Shown: positions 1 through 13,021 of the stretch, piece after piece
How positions within the stretch are numbered: the first letter of the stretch is position 1
Layout: each line of letters begins with the position of its first letter
Origin: Oedothorax gibbosus
Lineage: Eukaryota
DNA length: 64,000 nt
Direction: 5' to 3'
Assembly (NCBI GenBank): GCA_019343175.1
Contig: CM033278.1
Span: 14,865,400-14,929,399, forward strand
Made by a program: the position numbers and the translations under genes
The notes under the pieces: model-generated
Told to the model about the DNA's origin: nothing
What the model saw: the letters and a program-made list of their open reading frames with translations, nothing else
Databases searched by the model: none

Positions 1-1151
1 TTTGATGGGGTTATCAGAACTTTGTTTTTCAAGCTTTATTTATAAAGTCAATCGTCAATAAAATTGAATTCGATAACAACAGTAAAAAAAATCAGCGACG
101 AACTTTTTCTTGAAAATTAAAATGTAAAAAACACATCAACAGTGTAAATGTGCAATTAAGTTTAAATATTATTAGCTTACAAATGACGAAGCCTCTTATC
201 TTCCTTAATACCTTCTAACCCATAAAACGCTATAAATTATCTTATTGTTAAATAAGATATTTAAAACTTATCCAAACGAAATACTATAACAATAACATTT
301 TTATATGTTTCTCTAAGTATTAAAAACATAACTGTTAGTTACTTCTATTTGTTTGCGCTTTAAATGTAAACAAATACTTCGTAATACTTATAGAAACTAT
401 ACATCAATGTGTCTCAAACATTTTGCAACCCACCAAAATCATGATTTAGATTGAATGGTTGATTGAAATAGTCTGCAAAGATTTGAAACATATTAAATTT
501 AAGTTAAATGAGTGTCTATTAATTATCCATTGCTCTCCAATAATTAAACCGCTAATATGATTAACAATGAGACACTTTTTTTGAAATTATATGGATGTAT
601 GATTAACTAAGTAGAACGTATTAACTATTTCTACGCAATTCTAACAACAACGAGGTTTCCTGGAAAAATATTTTCATCAATTCCAATCATTAATTGGTTA
701 GATATGTGGAGGAAGTTTCTATTTTGTCTACAGATTACACAAAGCTACTTTATGAATTCTTTTAAAATAAAAATCGGTCGAATTTGTAAATAAAAATGAT
801 GTGAGCAATTAGTTTAATTAGATTATTTTTAAAAATTTGCAAAGTTATTTGTTAATAGTTAAACTATCAAATAGGAGTTATCATTTTTGTTAATTTTATG
901 TTAATACTAATTAAAAATCATGCAAATGTTAGCTCATTATCACTAATTCTAAATTAAATATAAGTATTTTTAGTGGTATGTACTACATCTTTATTTGTTA
1001 ACTAAATTGCGTGTAAGTATGACATTACTAATTATCAATAATATATTTGTATTGTAAATGTTAATTAAATTTTTATTATTAAAACTATTATTTATTGTTA
1101 GGAAAATGTGTTGATTTACAATAAAATATTGTTAGTCCAATGAATAAAGGA

Positions 1152-1990
1152 GTTTTACCATACAAAAGGTCCGGTATCGCTGATTTTTTTATATGTTGTG
1201 TGTGACCCCTAGGAAGTAATAAATGTGAGTTTTCGTCATCCTCGTTCTATTGCTTTTTCCGCCATCTTGAAAAAACGTTCGAAATGTCGCCCATTTTCCA
1301 GTTTTTGGCCTATAACTTTTCTCCTAAGCATTTTTAAATAGAACTTTTCGACACAAAGTTGTAGAAAACAAAATTTTCTTCAAAATCGGTATCAAAAGTG
1401 TTTTTCTACGACAAACAGTTAAAGAGCTAAGAAGCAGCAAAAAGGTGTTTCGAAATTTTTTTTACTTTTCCACGACTTTCTATTACCATAACTCACATAA
1501 GACTTCATTTTATCCATAAAATATGATTTTACAAATTGCAGGAAATTCAACTTTCTATATAATACACGTATCAAAAAAGTTACTGATAGATTCCATTAAG
1601 AAAAGTTAAATTTACAGAAACACAAAAAAGGGCTACTTTCACCCGACGATACAATGTTTTATTATTTAACCTATAGCTCTTTCCTAGTGTATTTTTTAGT
1701 GTTTTTGTGAATGCAAAACTTGTTCAAAATAATTTTTCCTATAAAAAGGTTCTTTTGTGTTTCATACGAGGAAATGTAACAGAGCTACGTAGTACGAAAA
1801 GTGGCGTAAACTCTTGAATTCCGCCAAAAGAGTTTTTTACCACTTAAAATCCCAATAATTAAAAAAAATCATTGTTTTAGCGGATCATAATTATTATGAA
1901 ACTTGTAGATATCATCATTTCTTATATTAGTAAGGTCTTAAAAGTAGTTTTAGATTCAATACCAAAGAATTTAGATACATTAAAAAAAAG
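1152..1990. repeat. left long terminal inverted repeat of element 1152-4793
   Basis: 1150-1510 and 1750-1985 reverse-complement-match 4420-4793 and 4200-4400; the left arm has ~250 bp extra (1510-1770). Confidence 0.6.
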
Positions 1991-2412
1991 ATTTGTATTT
2001 TTCATTTGAATAAATGGGCATGATTTGGTAAAAGATTTCAATTTACATGAGTCTGAAGTAAAATTTTCCTTTCAACGGAGAATTTAAATAAAAAATATAA
2101 ACTATTTTATATCCTTTTCGTTTAAGGTATCGTTTAAGTTTTTCGTTAAGGTTTCGTTTAACATCGTACCAATAGAACAATGGAAAAAATATGGGAAAAT
2201 GTGTAATAGAAAATTATCAAATTTACAATGAGTTATTTTAATGAAAAAATTTATGCTTAAAGTAATACACATATAAAAAAACGAAACAATATTCCACGTG
2301 GCATTTATCATGCCTAACAAGTTATATCAGAACTAGCTATATAGAGAATTGAAATGGTACAAATGAAACCGTACACGTATATATCTGTCAAGTGAATCAA
2401 TTACGTTATCAA

Positions 2413-3733
2413 TCAGACTCGTTTGGGTGGTATATAAAGAACTTCAACTGATTCATCTTCATAGTTTGAAATTGTGTCTAGATCAATATCATCTTCGTCG
2501 ACGATGAGTGCCCTATTGTTGCAGGACAGTCCACAGCAGTGCTTACGGAGGTAAGAGCAATACAAGCCAGATTTTCTGCAACTGCATGCATCCAAACAAC
2601 TCTTGATGCATTTACATTTAATCGTTTTCAATAAATCTTTTCGTAGGCGCAGCGTCCTTTTTTGTCATAATAGGCAACAAACCTCTGCTCCCTGTCATCC
2701 ATCCGTAATCGAACTAATTTTTTTGAATTCCTCTCCAGGCCATGACTTGATGGTAAGTCCTCAGTGAATGGAATTGTGATGCGTCGGAGGTTGGTGGCAG
2801 CGTAGCTAAATTGAGCTTTGTGGTGCTGGAAAGAAATTTTGAAAAGCGAAGAATTGTGAGAGACTGATCTTTGTCTCCACCATATAAGGAAACTAAAATT
2901 TCTTCTCCGGCCTTTGAAATTTCTGCCGCAATAGCATCAGGGTTATTGAAAACATCTGCCACATCTAACAAATATGGATTCCTTTGGAAAAGATTGTAGA
3001 ATTTGCCTTTCCCATATCCAATAACGTTGGAAGTAGTGTCACATCCGCTAATGGCATGAAGGAGTAGTAGATATTTAGTCGAACCATTCAGAAATGACGA
3101 AGAAGAGTAGACAATGTCAGGTGAATTGCTTTTCCCTGGTTTTTAAAGGTAGACATTTTTGACAACAGGAGGATCACCAGTTACTACCACCAGTAGGTCA
3201 ATATCTTCACCCACAATCAAAAAAGCTTCATATTGTGAAGCTATTGATTTGGTAGAGTTGACGATTAGAACGTCAGCATCTTAGTCTGCTTGTTTGGTAA
3301 TTATGCCTGAAGTCTCAAGTTCGTTTCTAAGTATAGTTACGAACCGTCTTTTGTTTTGTTCATTGGATAAAAATTTCTCCTGTGGGGTTGTATTTACAGT
3401 TGTTCGGTCAAATATCACATCAGCTGAGATATTCATCTTGCGCCTCCTTAATCGTTCAGCGCTCTTAGTACTCAACTGAATATCATCGGAGTAGCCATCA
3501 AATACAACTATTACCGTAGAGCCATAATGCTTGAGAATGTACTTCCGATAATCAGTGTAGATTTCAGAAAACGTCGCGTTTTGACTCCACACCACTTTGT
3601 AGAGTAGATGTACACCATCAATAACAACCATGCTTTTTGAAGGGAGTTTAAAACTATCTGTAACTGGTGTGAACGCGGAGTACATAGCAGACTTTGTTCC
3701 CTTCCGCATTCCATCTTCATTGAACAGGGACAT
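2413..3733 (-). pseudogene. frameshifted ORF: XPG/FEN1-like N domain (3733-3284), I-domain/H3TH region (~3280-2975, shifted frame), LPPT..HSLRTYHQV region (2971-2714), CXC Cys-rich domain (2631-2413)
   Basis: MVVIDGVHLLY...VIVVFDGYSDDIQLSTKSAERLRRRK matches the FEN1 pattern vAIDaS...VYVFDGKPPqLKsgElaKRseRR; downstream in another frame GEDIDLLVVVTG (EDMDcL-like) and ISGCDTTSNVIGYGKGKFYNLF (H3TH GSDY..GIG-like); the C-terminus is CKCIKSCLDACSCRKSGLYCSYLRKHCCGLSC; interrupted by stops and frameshifts. Confidence 0.55.
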
Positions 3734-4199
3734 AGAAAATGGTGCAAGTTCATATTCCAGATACTCTTTTCTCTCTCTCTGTGTAAGATATTTTACTCGC
3801 TTGAAAAAGTCTACTCTGTAAAGTTTGGAATGTAACTAGAAATATTTAATGACAATAGATGACAACGATTTCCATCATTCCACTTAAGACAAAAAAAAGG
3901 ATCTTACCTTTTCATGAACTCGATATTAGTAGTTAAAAAAAACTTGGATGGAGAGTTATATATTTCTGACGAACCATATACAAAACTCAACATATTTGAG
4001 TTCAGTTGTCTGTAGGCTATCAAATTTACTTTATCTTTCCATGGAAATCTTGATAAAAATTCCATTCCTGACCACTATTTTCTCGAAAAAAGATTTTAGT
4101 TACCATAGTTATTGTTATGGTTGCTATGGTAAATCTAACTGAAAGTATACAGATATCCATTGTGTCCTTAGCAAAACATGTAGCGGCTTCTGCTTATGT

Positions 4200-4793
4200 T
4201 TTTCAAAAAATATACCTAAATTCTTTGGTATTGAACCTAAAACTACTTTTAAGACCTTACTAATATAAGAAATGATGATATCTACAAGTTTCATAATAAT
4301 TATGATCCGCTAAAACAATGATTTTGTTTTAATTATTGGGATTTTAAGTGGTAAAAAACTCTTTTGGCGGAATTCAAAATGTTACGCCACTTTTCGTACT
4401 TATAATCATATTTTATTGCTAAAAGGAAGTCTTATGTGAGTTACGGTGATAGAAAGTCGTGGAAAAATAAAAAAAAATTCGAAACACTCGATTTTACACC
4501 CTTTATGCTGCTTCTTAGCTCTTTAACTATTTGTCGTAGAAAAACACTTTTGATACCGATTTTGAAGAAAATTTTGTTTTCTACAACTTTGTGTGGAAAA
4601 GTTTGATATAAAAATGCTTAGAAGAAAAGTTATAGGCCAAAACCTGGAAAATGGGTGAAATTTCGAACGTTTTTTCAAGATGGCGGAAAAAGCAATAGAA
4701 CGAGGATGACGAAAACTCACATTTATTACTACCTAGGGGTCACACACAACATATAAAAAAATCAGCGATACCGGACCTTTTGTATGGTAAACC
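4200..4793. repeat. right long terminal inverted repeat of element 1152-4793
   Basis: Reverse complement of the left arm; terminal tggtaaacc mirrors ggagttttacca. Confidence 0.6.
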
Positions 4794-4840
4794 CCCTTTT
4801 TGAGTCTCTATTCACTGGACTATGTTCATTTATAAAATAA

Positions 4841-6483
4841 CTAGCTGTTATACCCGACGTTGCACGGGTAGAGGTGGAAAAATAATTTAACAGTCAATTT
4901 AACTATTTTTTTTTTTCTTTCATTTTAGTTACGTAAGATATGAGGATTACCCAGTAATTTCCCATTTAATTACCCAACTTGGATATAGTAATAAATAATA
5001 TTAATTTCAAAAATACCTTTGATAAGAAGCTCAAATTAAAAAGAATACATATTTAAGTAAAAAATAATCAGTAAGAATTAAAAATGGAAAAACAGCTAAA
5101 TCTTAAAAGGGTCTCAGACATTTATTTTAACGCAATTCAAGGAAGTTCTATTATAAATTAAGTAACTTTTTTTTTGGACACTTTGTAGATATAAATACAA
5201 TATAAGCAGTACAAATTTCTACCATAATTCAATACAAATGCTGAAAAATTAAGAATTCAATGCAAATGTATACAGTATTAAATCAATGCAGATATGTACA
5301 CTAATTGAATGAAAATAAATACAATAATAATTCAAAGAAAATGAATACAATAATAATGCAATGCATATATGTACAATTTATGTATTTCTAATTTTTTAGC
5401 TGTAATTAAACTAAATATACTTAAAAATCGTTTTAAAAGAAAGGGGAAAATAAAACTAAATAAACATTTCGTGAAAACGTGCTGTTGAAGGAGCAATAAA
5501 CCTCCAAGGTCTTCAATGCATTGAATGGGAAACATAAAAACGTTCGAAAACGATAGAAGGAATGGTCTGATTCGAAAAATTCTTAGCCTATGTTTGTTCC
5601 GGACATGAGATGAATTTTTGTGCCAAATTTCGTGACGATCTGTTGCGTGGTTCTTTAGATCTCGTGTCTTAAACAAACAAACAAACGTTGCCTTTTATGT
5701 ATATAGATAAAACCTTTTAGCTCATTTGGCACGTTTTGGGAAAAAAATTGGCGAGAAAATAGATATAGCTACAAACACACCCACTATACAGCTCTAACAC
5801 AATGGCCTTCGAACAACCAACCAGCTTATAAATTATTTATAAAAAAAAATGACCATTCGGCGAGTTTTAGTTAATAATTTGGCGAGTTTGGCAACGTATT
5901 TGGCGAAAAAATAAAGACATAAAACCCTAATATGCAGCTCTAGTGCGACGGCCTTTATTAACCATCATAGTTCAGTAATAGCTTAACGATAAATTTATTG
6001 CTTAAATATGCATACATGCAGTCAACAGAAAAATCAATGAAAAAATCCTCAAATAAACCCACAATAAAATCCGGGAATGGAGACTGCCGGAATTACGTCA
6101 CTTGAAACATGTCAATTATTTTTCAAATAATGAATTTAGTTTCTGAAGTTAATGGCAACAGAATAAAATAAATATTTTCAATTTTAATTACTTTTGTTAA
6201 AAGTTTTATTTAATTTTTTCAGCCGATGGCATCAGGAAAGTAAAAAAATGATCGGATTTGAGCCAAAGTGGTGTAGTTTTTTCAGAAAAACGTTCGAAAC
6301 GATAGAAGGAATGGTCTGATTCGAAAAATTCTTAGCCTATATTTGTTCCGGAGATGAGATGAATTTTTGTGCCAAATTTCGTGACAATCTGTTGCGTGGT
6401 TCTTTAGATCTCGTGTCTTATACAAACAAACAAACAATCAAACAAGCAAACAAACAAACGGAAGTTGCCTTTTATGTATATAG
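4841..6483 (-). mobile_element. Helitron-like non-autonomous element, copy 1 (contains a second internal 5' terminus at 5706)
   Basis: The 5' end TCTATATACATAAAAGGCAAC..(TTTG)n is preceded by A and the 3' end ..CGTCGGGTATAACAGCTAG is followed by T in all three copies; a short GC palindrome ACCCG..CGGGT lies 11 nt upstream of CTAG; no TSD. Confidence 0.5.
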
Positions 6484-7371
6484 ATTGTGTTAATTTTTTT
6501 TTAAAAAAATTGCTAATTATTGATAAAACATCGCTTGTTAATTAATTGGTTTTAATTGAATGTAATAATCATTGTTTGTTAATTATGCATTCAAAATTTA
6601 AACTGCTATTCCGCGACTAGTTACTTATTGATACCTTGCTGCCTCTTTCAATCAACTGCTATATTTAAATAATAATTCTTAGTTACCCCTCCTAGCAACG
6701 ATTTGAATCAAAGCTTGGTAAAACCCCAACAAAAACCAGAGACCATATTACTTATCAGTGTTTCCCATATTTTTAAACATTCATCTCTCTCTCTTTACAC
6801 AGTAAAATAACCTTTATTAAAAATGCCTCCGGCGGTGTTCCTTTGAAGTTTCCAACGTCCACTTCCTAAACCCTTAAACGCCCTTTTCAAATAAACTTCA
6901 GACGATCGTCAAGCATGACCGCCAACTTGAGACAATGCCCTCGAAAGACACAAAAGAATTTCTCTGCTGACCAGAGGTCACTTTTCTTTGACGGATGAAG
7001 AAACTTAATCCGTCTCAATTTAAGCCAAGAAGATACAATGTTTCATCTGCCAGGAAACTCACTGATATCCCTGAGTATATTTAAAATATATTTGGCACGA
7101 ATGACGCTCAGTCGGTATTGTGGTTTCTTGCCTTCCAGGGTATGGCTTGAAAGCACACGACGACAACAACATTTGGCACAAATGATATTTTCGAGGGTAA
7201 ATGCAGGAAAATTTGCTAATTAGAAAAAAAAACTTTATTTTTATGAATTATATAATTAAAAGTCAAGCAACAGTTAGACACATAATCGTTCAAAAAACAT
7301 AAATTGTTTACAAACATTTATTCATCAGAAATTTTATAATGAAATTCATGATCAAAGTTAAAATTTATATA

Positions 7372-7647
7372 CACTGTAACACCGTGCTGCATTAAGTTTA
7401 CTCCGTAAAATCGGTGAAAGCCTAACTCCCTCCTATTTCACAGGGTAACACTGTAACATTACACCTATTTTGCGGCGTAACTTTACTCTATAAAATTAGT
7501 GTAAAGTTACCCCATGAAACTGGAGGCAGTGCTGACACCGGTTTTACGATTTTACGATGTAAACTTATTTGTGTAATATTACTCTATAAATTCGATGTAA
7601 CGTTACTCCATGATACTGGAGTAACGTTACACCAAAGTTTTACAGTG
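7372..7647. mobile_element. Tc1/mariner-type MITE (~276 bp), TA target-site duplication
   Basis: TA|CACTGTAACACC...GTTTTACAGTG|TA; inverted termini CACTGTAA; the interior is rich in short internal inverted repeats. Confidence 0.45.
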
Positions 7648-8832
7648 TAAAGTTAAAAGCACTTAACTAGATAAAAATTCCTAGTAAAATCTTTAGATTT
7701 ATGGAATATTATGTCAAAGTCATTAAGGGCACAAAACATTTTATAAATATCAAGCAAATATCGTAATAATTATTCAAATAGATATAAAAGTAACTTGCAT
7801 ATACTAATTGTAGGTTTAGCAAATAATGAAACCTTTTGCATTGACAACAAGCTATTAATATGCATAATGCCTCAGCAAACAAAAAAATATAGCCAATCGT
7901 CTTATGTACTTTTTTTTAATTTTGAAATAATAATTATATTTATGATAATGAGATAGTCTAAAAAGATGTAATAAATAGAAACGATATCAAAATTATCAGA
8001 CATACATACAATTAAACAATCCTCCATCGGCAATCGGCATCCATTTAGCAAGGCCCTGGATCTTATCAAAAGGTCACTTTCTTATCCACGGAATTTTACA
8101 TACTACATTCCTTCACATTTTTCATTTGAAACAGATCATTTGGCTTTATTTTTATATATTATAAGTGAAAAATCTGAATAAATGTTGAAACACTCATACG
8201 TTTTTCTTTAAAACTCTGAGTCATTCTTCAGCAACCATCATAAATGTAATAACAACGTTTTACCTAAAAAGAGGGTTATACAGTTCGTTTCTAGAAACGT
8301 ACACATTAAAATGGGTATGATTAAACTGGGTATAATTTTGTATAACTAGATATAATGGGTAAAATTTAAAAATCTTGAAATTTCAAAATTAATAACATTA
8401 AAATGTAAAAACACTTTCTATACTCATTAGCACATGAAACTCAGAAGCACATGAAATTAGTAAATTTATTGCAAGAAATTGTCAAACAAGTTTTCTGAAA
8501 TATTCGTGACAACTAAAAATATAAAATTGATAATCCAAAAAAAAAGAAAATAGATAAATAAATGCATGGAAAATCTGTGAAAATTGGCCATTCTTAAAAT
8601 TACGGTATTAATATAAGTCAAATTTAATATCGGTAACACTTATTTCAAATTTTATTCTACTATTTTATTCTAACTTAGTGAGGTCTTTTGTTGAATCAAA
8701 TATTTTATTAAATAAATTATACTATTTTATTCGGTATAAATACAAAAAATGCCATTTGTGTATTGAAAATACTTATAGTAAACTATTACACATACATATG
8801 GAAATTTTAAAAGATCTTATACTTCATTTTAG

Positions 8833-8876
8833 CGCAAAACTATGATCTTAACAAATGCAAGTCAATACTTCAAGAG
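8833..8876 (+). CDS. SEC14-like (CRAL-TRIO+GOLD) gene, exon a (5'-most exon found; upstream exons not located)
   Basis: Acceptor cattttag; encodes (A)QNYDLNKCKSILQE, matching the CRAL-TRIO-N motif RArsFDLqKSEAMLRK; donor GTGAGA. Confidence 0.5.
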
Positions 8877-9289
8877 GTGAGAATCCCTTTTTTAAATATT
8901 TTTAAATCGGCACCGTTTCTACACTGTCATTATTAAATTTTTGTTTTCAAATTAATGATTTTTAAAGTTAATTTGAAAAATTAAGCTATCAAAATGTATG
9001 AATAATTAGCTATAATTTAACTACAAATCTTTTATTCTTGTTCTATACCATAATAATTGTTTTTCAATGTGCAATTAATAAATAAAAAATATTTAAATAA
9101 AAATAAAGATAAAATAAAATATATATAAAATAAAAAGTTTTATGCTTCTAAATACTTATAATAAAATTAGTCTTAACAAAACTAAAAGTTCCATTATAAA
9201 TCTTTTTTTTTTGTGTTAAGCAAACTTTGATCAAACTTAAAGAATTTTTAAATGTGTTGTTTTCAATTTTTTTTATTTTTTATTTTCAG

Positions 9290-9352
9290 ACAATTTCCCT
9301 TAGAGCTGTACATGACATTGATAAGTTGGTAGAATTTTATAAAAAGCCTGAA
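9290..9352 (+). CDS. SEC14-like gene, exon b
   Basis: Acceptor tattttcag; TISLRAVHDIDKLVEFYKKPE (matches DIDNIISWQPPE); donor GTAAGA; phase 0. Confidence 0.55.
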
Positions 9353-9937
9353 GTAAGAGTTATTCTTTTTACTTAGTTATTTTAATATGTCGGAAGTAGA
9401 TTCTCTTTTGTTTCATAGTATACAATTATAACCTGTTGTAAAAATTAGATGAAAAAATTTAAGAGCAATTTGTGCTACTAACGTAAAAACTAGGAGCAAA
9501 TGTACATTATCTAGGAGCATTTTGCTAAAAATATTTACGGGGGAAAATGCCAATTTTATATAATTTATCCACAAACACTTAAGATTGCCGTTGTTGCGCA
9601 TGTATAGAATCATCAGAACTTCGGAGTTTCAAAAGAACTGGTGAAAATTTTAGAATAACAATTAGCGATCGTCGGAGTATCGCATTTTATGTATCGCCGG
9701 ATTTTTGTTATTTAAGGATCATAATAACTCATAAAGGAACTTTTGACAAATTTAAGATCGTTAAAGATTTGGAGATTTTAGGATTATTATTTTTTCGCAA
9801 GATCTTTGGAAACCACCTTAAAAAGTTGATAATGACATTAAAAAAAACTAACGCTAAAGATTGTTGTTGTTGCGCATGTATAGAATCATCGGAATTTCGA
9901 AGTTTACATAATATTTATTGTTTATTTTTCCACACAG

Positions 9938-10031
9938 GTATTAGAAAAATATGAATTCGTGTCATCGATGGGGTATGCAAAAGATGGAACGCCTATATGT
10001 TACGTTGCTTCAGGAAAAGCAGATTTTTATG
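9938..10031 (+). CDS. SEC14-like gene, exon c
   Basis: Acceptor cacacag; VLEKYEFVSSMGYAKDGTPICYVASGKADFY(G), matching [32 protein letters not shown]; donor GTTAGT. Confidence 0.65.
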
Positions 10032-10729
10032 GTTAGTTTCACACACAAAATCTCTGATTTAGCGTTCTATTTTAATATTGATAAAAAGAAACTTTTTGTA
10101 AAGCAGTATAATGAACGTGTAACAGGTCATTGATAACTCTTCAAATTATTGAAGGAAAAATTAATTATATTTAATTACATTTTATAAAGATACTAGCTTT
10201 ATAAACCCCCGGCGTTGCATGGGGGTACCCTTAATAACGGTGATTTGTTTTTAGTACAGCTTTGATGTAAGAGCAGGTCTGTTCATTGGCGACTTTTAGC
10301 AAGCTTTAACATCTTACAATTTAAATAAACGTATAGCTAAAACGCGATGGATGGATTTGAGGAGTTTGGTTGCAACATTATAAAAGTAAAAAAAACTAGA
10401 CGACTTAAGGCCCAAAGTAAGCTGTCCTAGAAGAATCTCCAACAGAAGGCCTTCGCCCACCCTAAGCTGTCCTGCTAACTATGATGATAATTCAAGAATT
10501 TCATGCATTCGTTTAAATTTGTTCATCTTCTAACAAACTATCTTGTAATTGTCGCTGGGTCTTCAAGTTAGAATCGAACTTAAACCCACTTCAGGTACGA
10601 CGTTAAGTAACAAACAAAACTTTTCTTTTAAAATTGTACAACTGTTTATTAACAGTTCATCATTGGAAAAACAAATATTTTATGGATTGTTTTATATTGA
10701 ATTTGGAAAGCAACCTTGTGATTTTCTAG

Positions 10730-10824
10730 GTTGCATTGCTTCTGTGAATGGCTTCACCCTCTGCCAATACGCCAGTCTTGTGTTAGAATTGGACTTGAGG
10801 AGGACGAGAGAACAAACGAAAAAA
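10730..10824 (+). CDS. SEC14-like gene, exon d
   Basis: Acceptor ttttctag; GCIASVNGFTLCQYASLVLELDLRRTREQTKK; donor GTAAGC; phase consistent with the flanking exons. Confidence 0.55.
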
Positions 10825-11651
10825 GTAAGCGTTTTTAAAGAACGTTATAGTTTATCAAAGGTTGAATTACGAAACCTTGCATCCAACTTCAGAAACGTAA
10901 ACAGAAACACTTTTTATATTTTTTCTAGTTACCTTTTTCTTTTAATTCAACATTTACTGGTTAACATATTCTTCAATGACTCCGCTCACCTATTTCTTTT
11001 GAATTAACAATTGATAATTCTATCCGATACTGAACTTATGACCCTTTTTGCATGCGTTGACAAAACAAATTTTAAGTTTATGGTAGCATACAAAATTCCT
11101 TTTATCTAAGATAGGGTTTGTTTTACTGATTTTCTTAGGAAAAAATCATGCGGTTTCTTGTTAACGTTTTAACCTTTAAATACGTAAAAGAAAAAAACAG
11201 CAATAAATCTTGCTCACAAACTTAATTGATGAGGTAAAACTGCATTTGAAAATGTGTCTTTAAATTTACCTGTGGTTTCTAACGATTATCATCTTCAGAG
11301 CTTATCTACTCTTATCTTGAGAGGCTGGAACTTTATATAAACCTAAAATACATAATAAATATATGATTTCATAGCTTTGGAAATATGTTAAGTTATTTAT
11401 TGGCATTTTTAAATGCTAGGTAATCCTTATTTTTTATTTGTAATCAAATTTATTATTTATCATGTTACTATACCTTTTTCAAAAATATTAAAGCGTACAT
11501 GAACGACATTTTCGTAAATTGAAGTATTCATTGTTATAATACATTGGCGCAGCATATAGGTTTAGCTTGTACTCTATTTTTATAACCTTTTTGCTGGTGA
11601 AAGAGTTAAAAATTCAATTGAACTAGTATCTCTAAATACCCTCTTTTTTAG

Positions 11652-11730
11652 ACTGGTCAGGACATAAACGAAATTACTTACATACTTGACATGGATGAAT
11701 TTTCAATAAGAACTACAGCTCGACAGTGCG
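11652..11730 (+). CDS. SEC14-like gene, exon e
   Basis: Acceptor ttttttag; TGQDINEITYILDMDEFSIRTTARQC (matches [20 protein letters not shown]); donor GTAAGT. Confidence 0.65.
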
Positions 11731-11818
11731 GTAAGTCCAACTAAATACTTTCAATATCCTATTCAATTTTAGGTTATGCATACTTTTATTATGACAGTCG
11801 TCTATTTTTATTTTTCAG

Positions 11819-11899
11819 CTATAGAAATGGCTTTTGATTTGTTTCGCATGCTGCAAGACTATTATCCAGAAATTTGGAAAAAGACTTTAATAGTTAATG
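11819..11899 (+). CDS. SEC14-like gene, exon f
   Basis: Acceptor tttttcag; AIEMAFDLFRMLQDYYPEIWKKTLIVN (matches [27 protein letters not shown]); donor GTTAGT. Confidence 0.7.
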
Positions 11900-12135
11900 G
11901 TTAGTACATTTGTAATATTTTTTTATATCAATGGACCACTTTTCAGTGGATTAGGCCTTTGCAAGCTCAGCATATTCCTCAGAACTGAAAGACATTTTTG
12001 GTTTCACCATCTAGGCGACTCTCGCTACCAATTTCGATGCACACATTACAATGAATCTGATCTCTCTGTGGCTGTTAAAGTATGCCAAATGGGTACTCAA
12101 TAAATCTTTTACCTGTCATATAATCAGACGACATA

Positions 12136-12230
12136 CGTGCCTACAATTTTCCCATTCTGAAAATCTCCTTCCTCAGCCGAGAATCGAACCCGTGACGTGG
12201 TTGGGCATGCTACTTCCGCTTGCTTCACTG
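12136..12230 (-). repeat. tRNA-derived pseudo-tRNA/SINE fragment flanked by a 10-bp direct repeat AGACGACATA
   Basis: Reverse complement contains a T-arm-like CACGGGTTCGATTCTCGG; direct repeats at 12125-12135 and 12231-12241. Confidence 0.35.
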
Positions 12231-12248
12231 AGACGACATATTTATAAT

Positions 12249-13021
12249 ATAGTACATGTAACCAATATGGACACCTTTAGGAAAATTAACTTTTTTCACC
12301 CCCTTGTACACGTCACAGGACTTTAAAAATTTGTGACCACAATTCCTGGACTGTTGACTATCATCATTAAAATTAGTGACCTTGTAATTAGTCTGGTTTA
12401 ATTAAAATAATAAAAACAAAAACAAAAAATTACAAGTGTCCATATAAGGAACCACCTGCCCCTAATATGGACATGTATGTCCATATTAGGGACAGGTGGC
12501 TTCTTAAAGAAATACTACTGGATGGAAGAGCCACTTTCTCAATGGATTTTAGAAGAGAGGGGATAAAAAAATATCTTAAAGTATTGCAGGGGAGGGGGTC
12601 AGAGTAAATATCTTCAAAACGTGCACTTTAGAAATGAGAAAGGTCATTTTCGACTGTGGCTCTTCGAAGACCTTCAAAGTGCATTAATTTCACTAATATG
12701 AACTTTAATATATTCTCAATTAGCTAAATAAAATCCCATTAAACAGATATGTTACAAATTTGTGAATATAAGAATTCATCTGCTGTACTTTCAATGGGGG
12801 TATCCATAATGGGTATCAGGCGTAGTTTTATTAAATCTTATAATAAATATACAAACAAAACATTATCAATCAATATATGCAATATCAATCGAAAAGATGT
12901 TTTATCGGCGCTTTCTAAAATACTCAACTTTTCATTTTTTAAAGTAATTGTACAATGTATCTTAAGAATATAAACTTTCCTATAATTAAGAAACTGTTAA
13001 AGATATTATGGGGTGTCCATA
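12249..13021. mobile_element. candidate MITE with GGTGTCCATATTGG inverted termini and an internal perfect 22-bp hairpin
   Basis: ACCAATATGGACACC (12249-) vs GGTGTCCATATTGGGTAC (13008-); the motif GTCCATATWRGG recurs 5 times; the hairpin is at 12442-12490. Confidence 0.3.

Larger units (their letters stand above)
1152..4793 (-). mobile_element. TIR-bounded ~3.6 kb element carrying a degenerate FEN1/XPG-like nuclease + CXC ORF (candidate novel DNA transposon family)
   Basis: Left end ...GTTTTACCATACAAAAGGTCCGGTATCGCTGATTTTTTT (1152-) is reverse-complemented at the right end (..4793); the arms are alignable over ~600-840 bp with indels; the internal ORFs are all on the minus strand. Confidence 0.6.

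Noticed and set aside
5332-5676. 114-aa ORF
   Set aside because: It lies inside a Helitron-like repeat copy, with no homology and low complexity.
7038-7223. Candidate 5' exon of the SEC14-like gene (WLESTRRQQHLAQMIFSR before GTAAAT)
   Set aside because: The phase is not compatible with the 8833 acceptor and the similarity to CRAL-TRIO-N is weak. Left unannotated.
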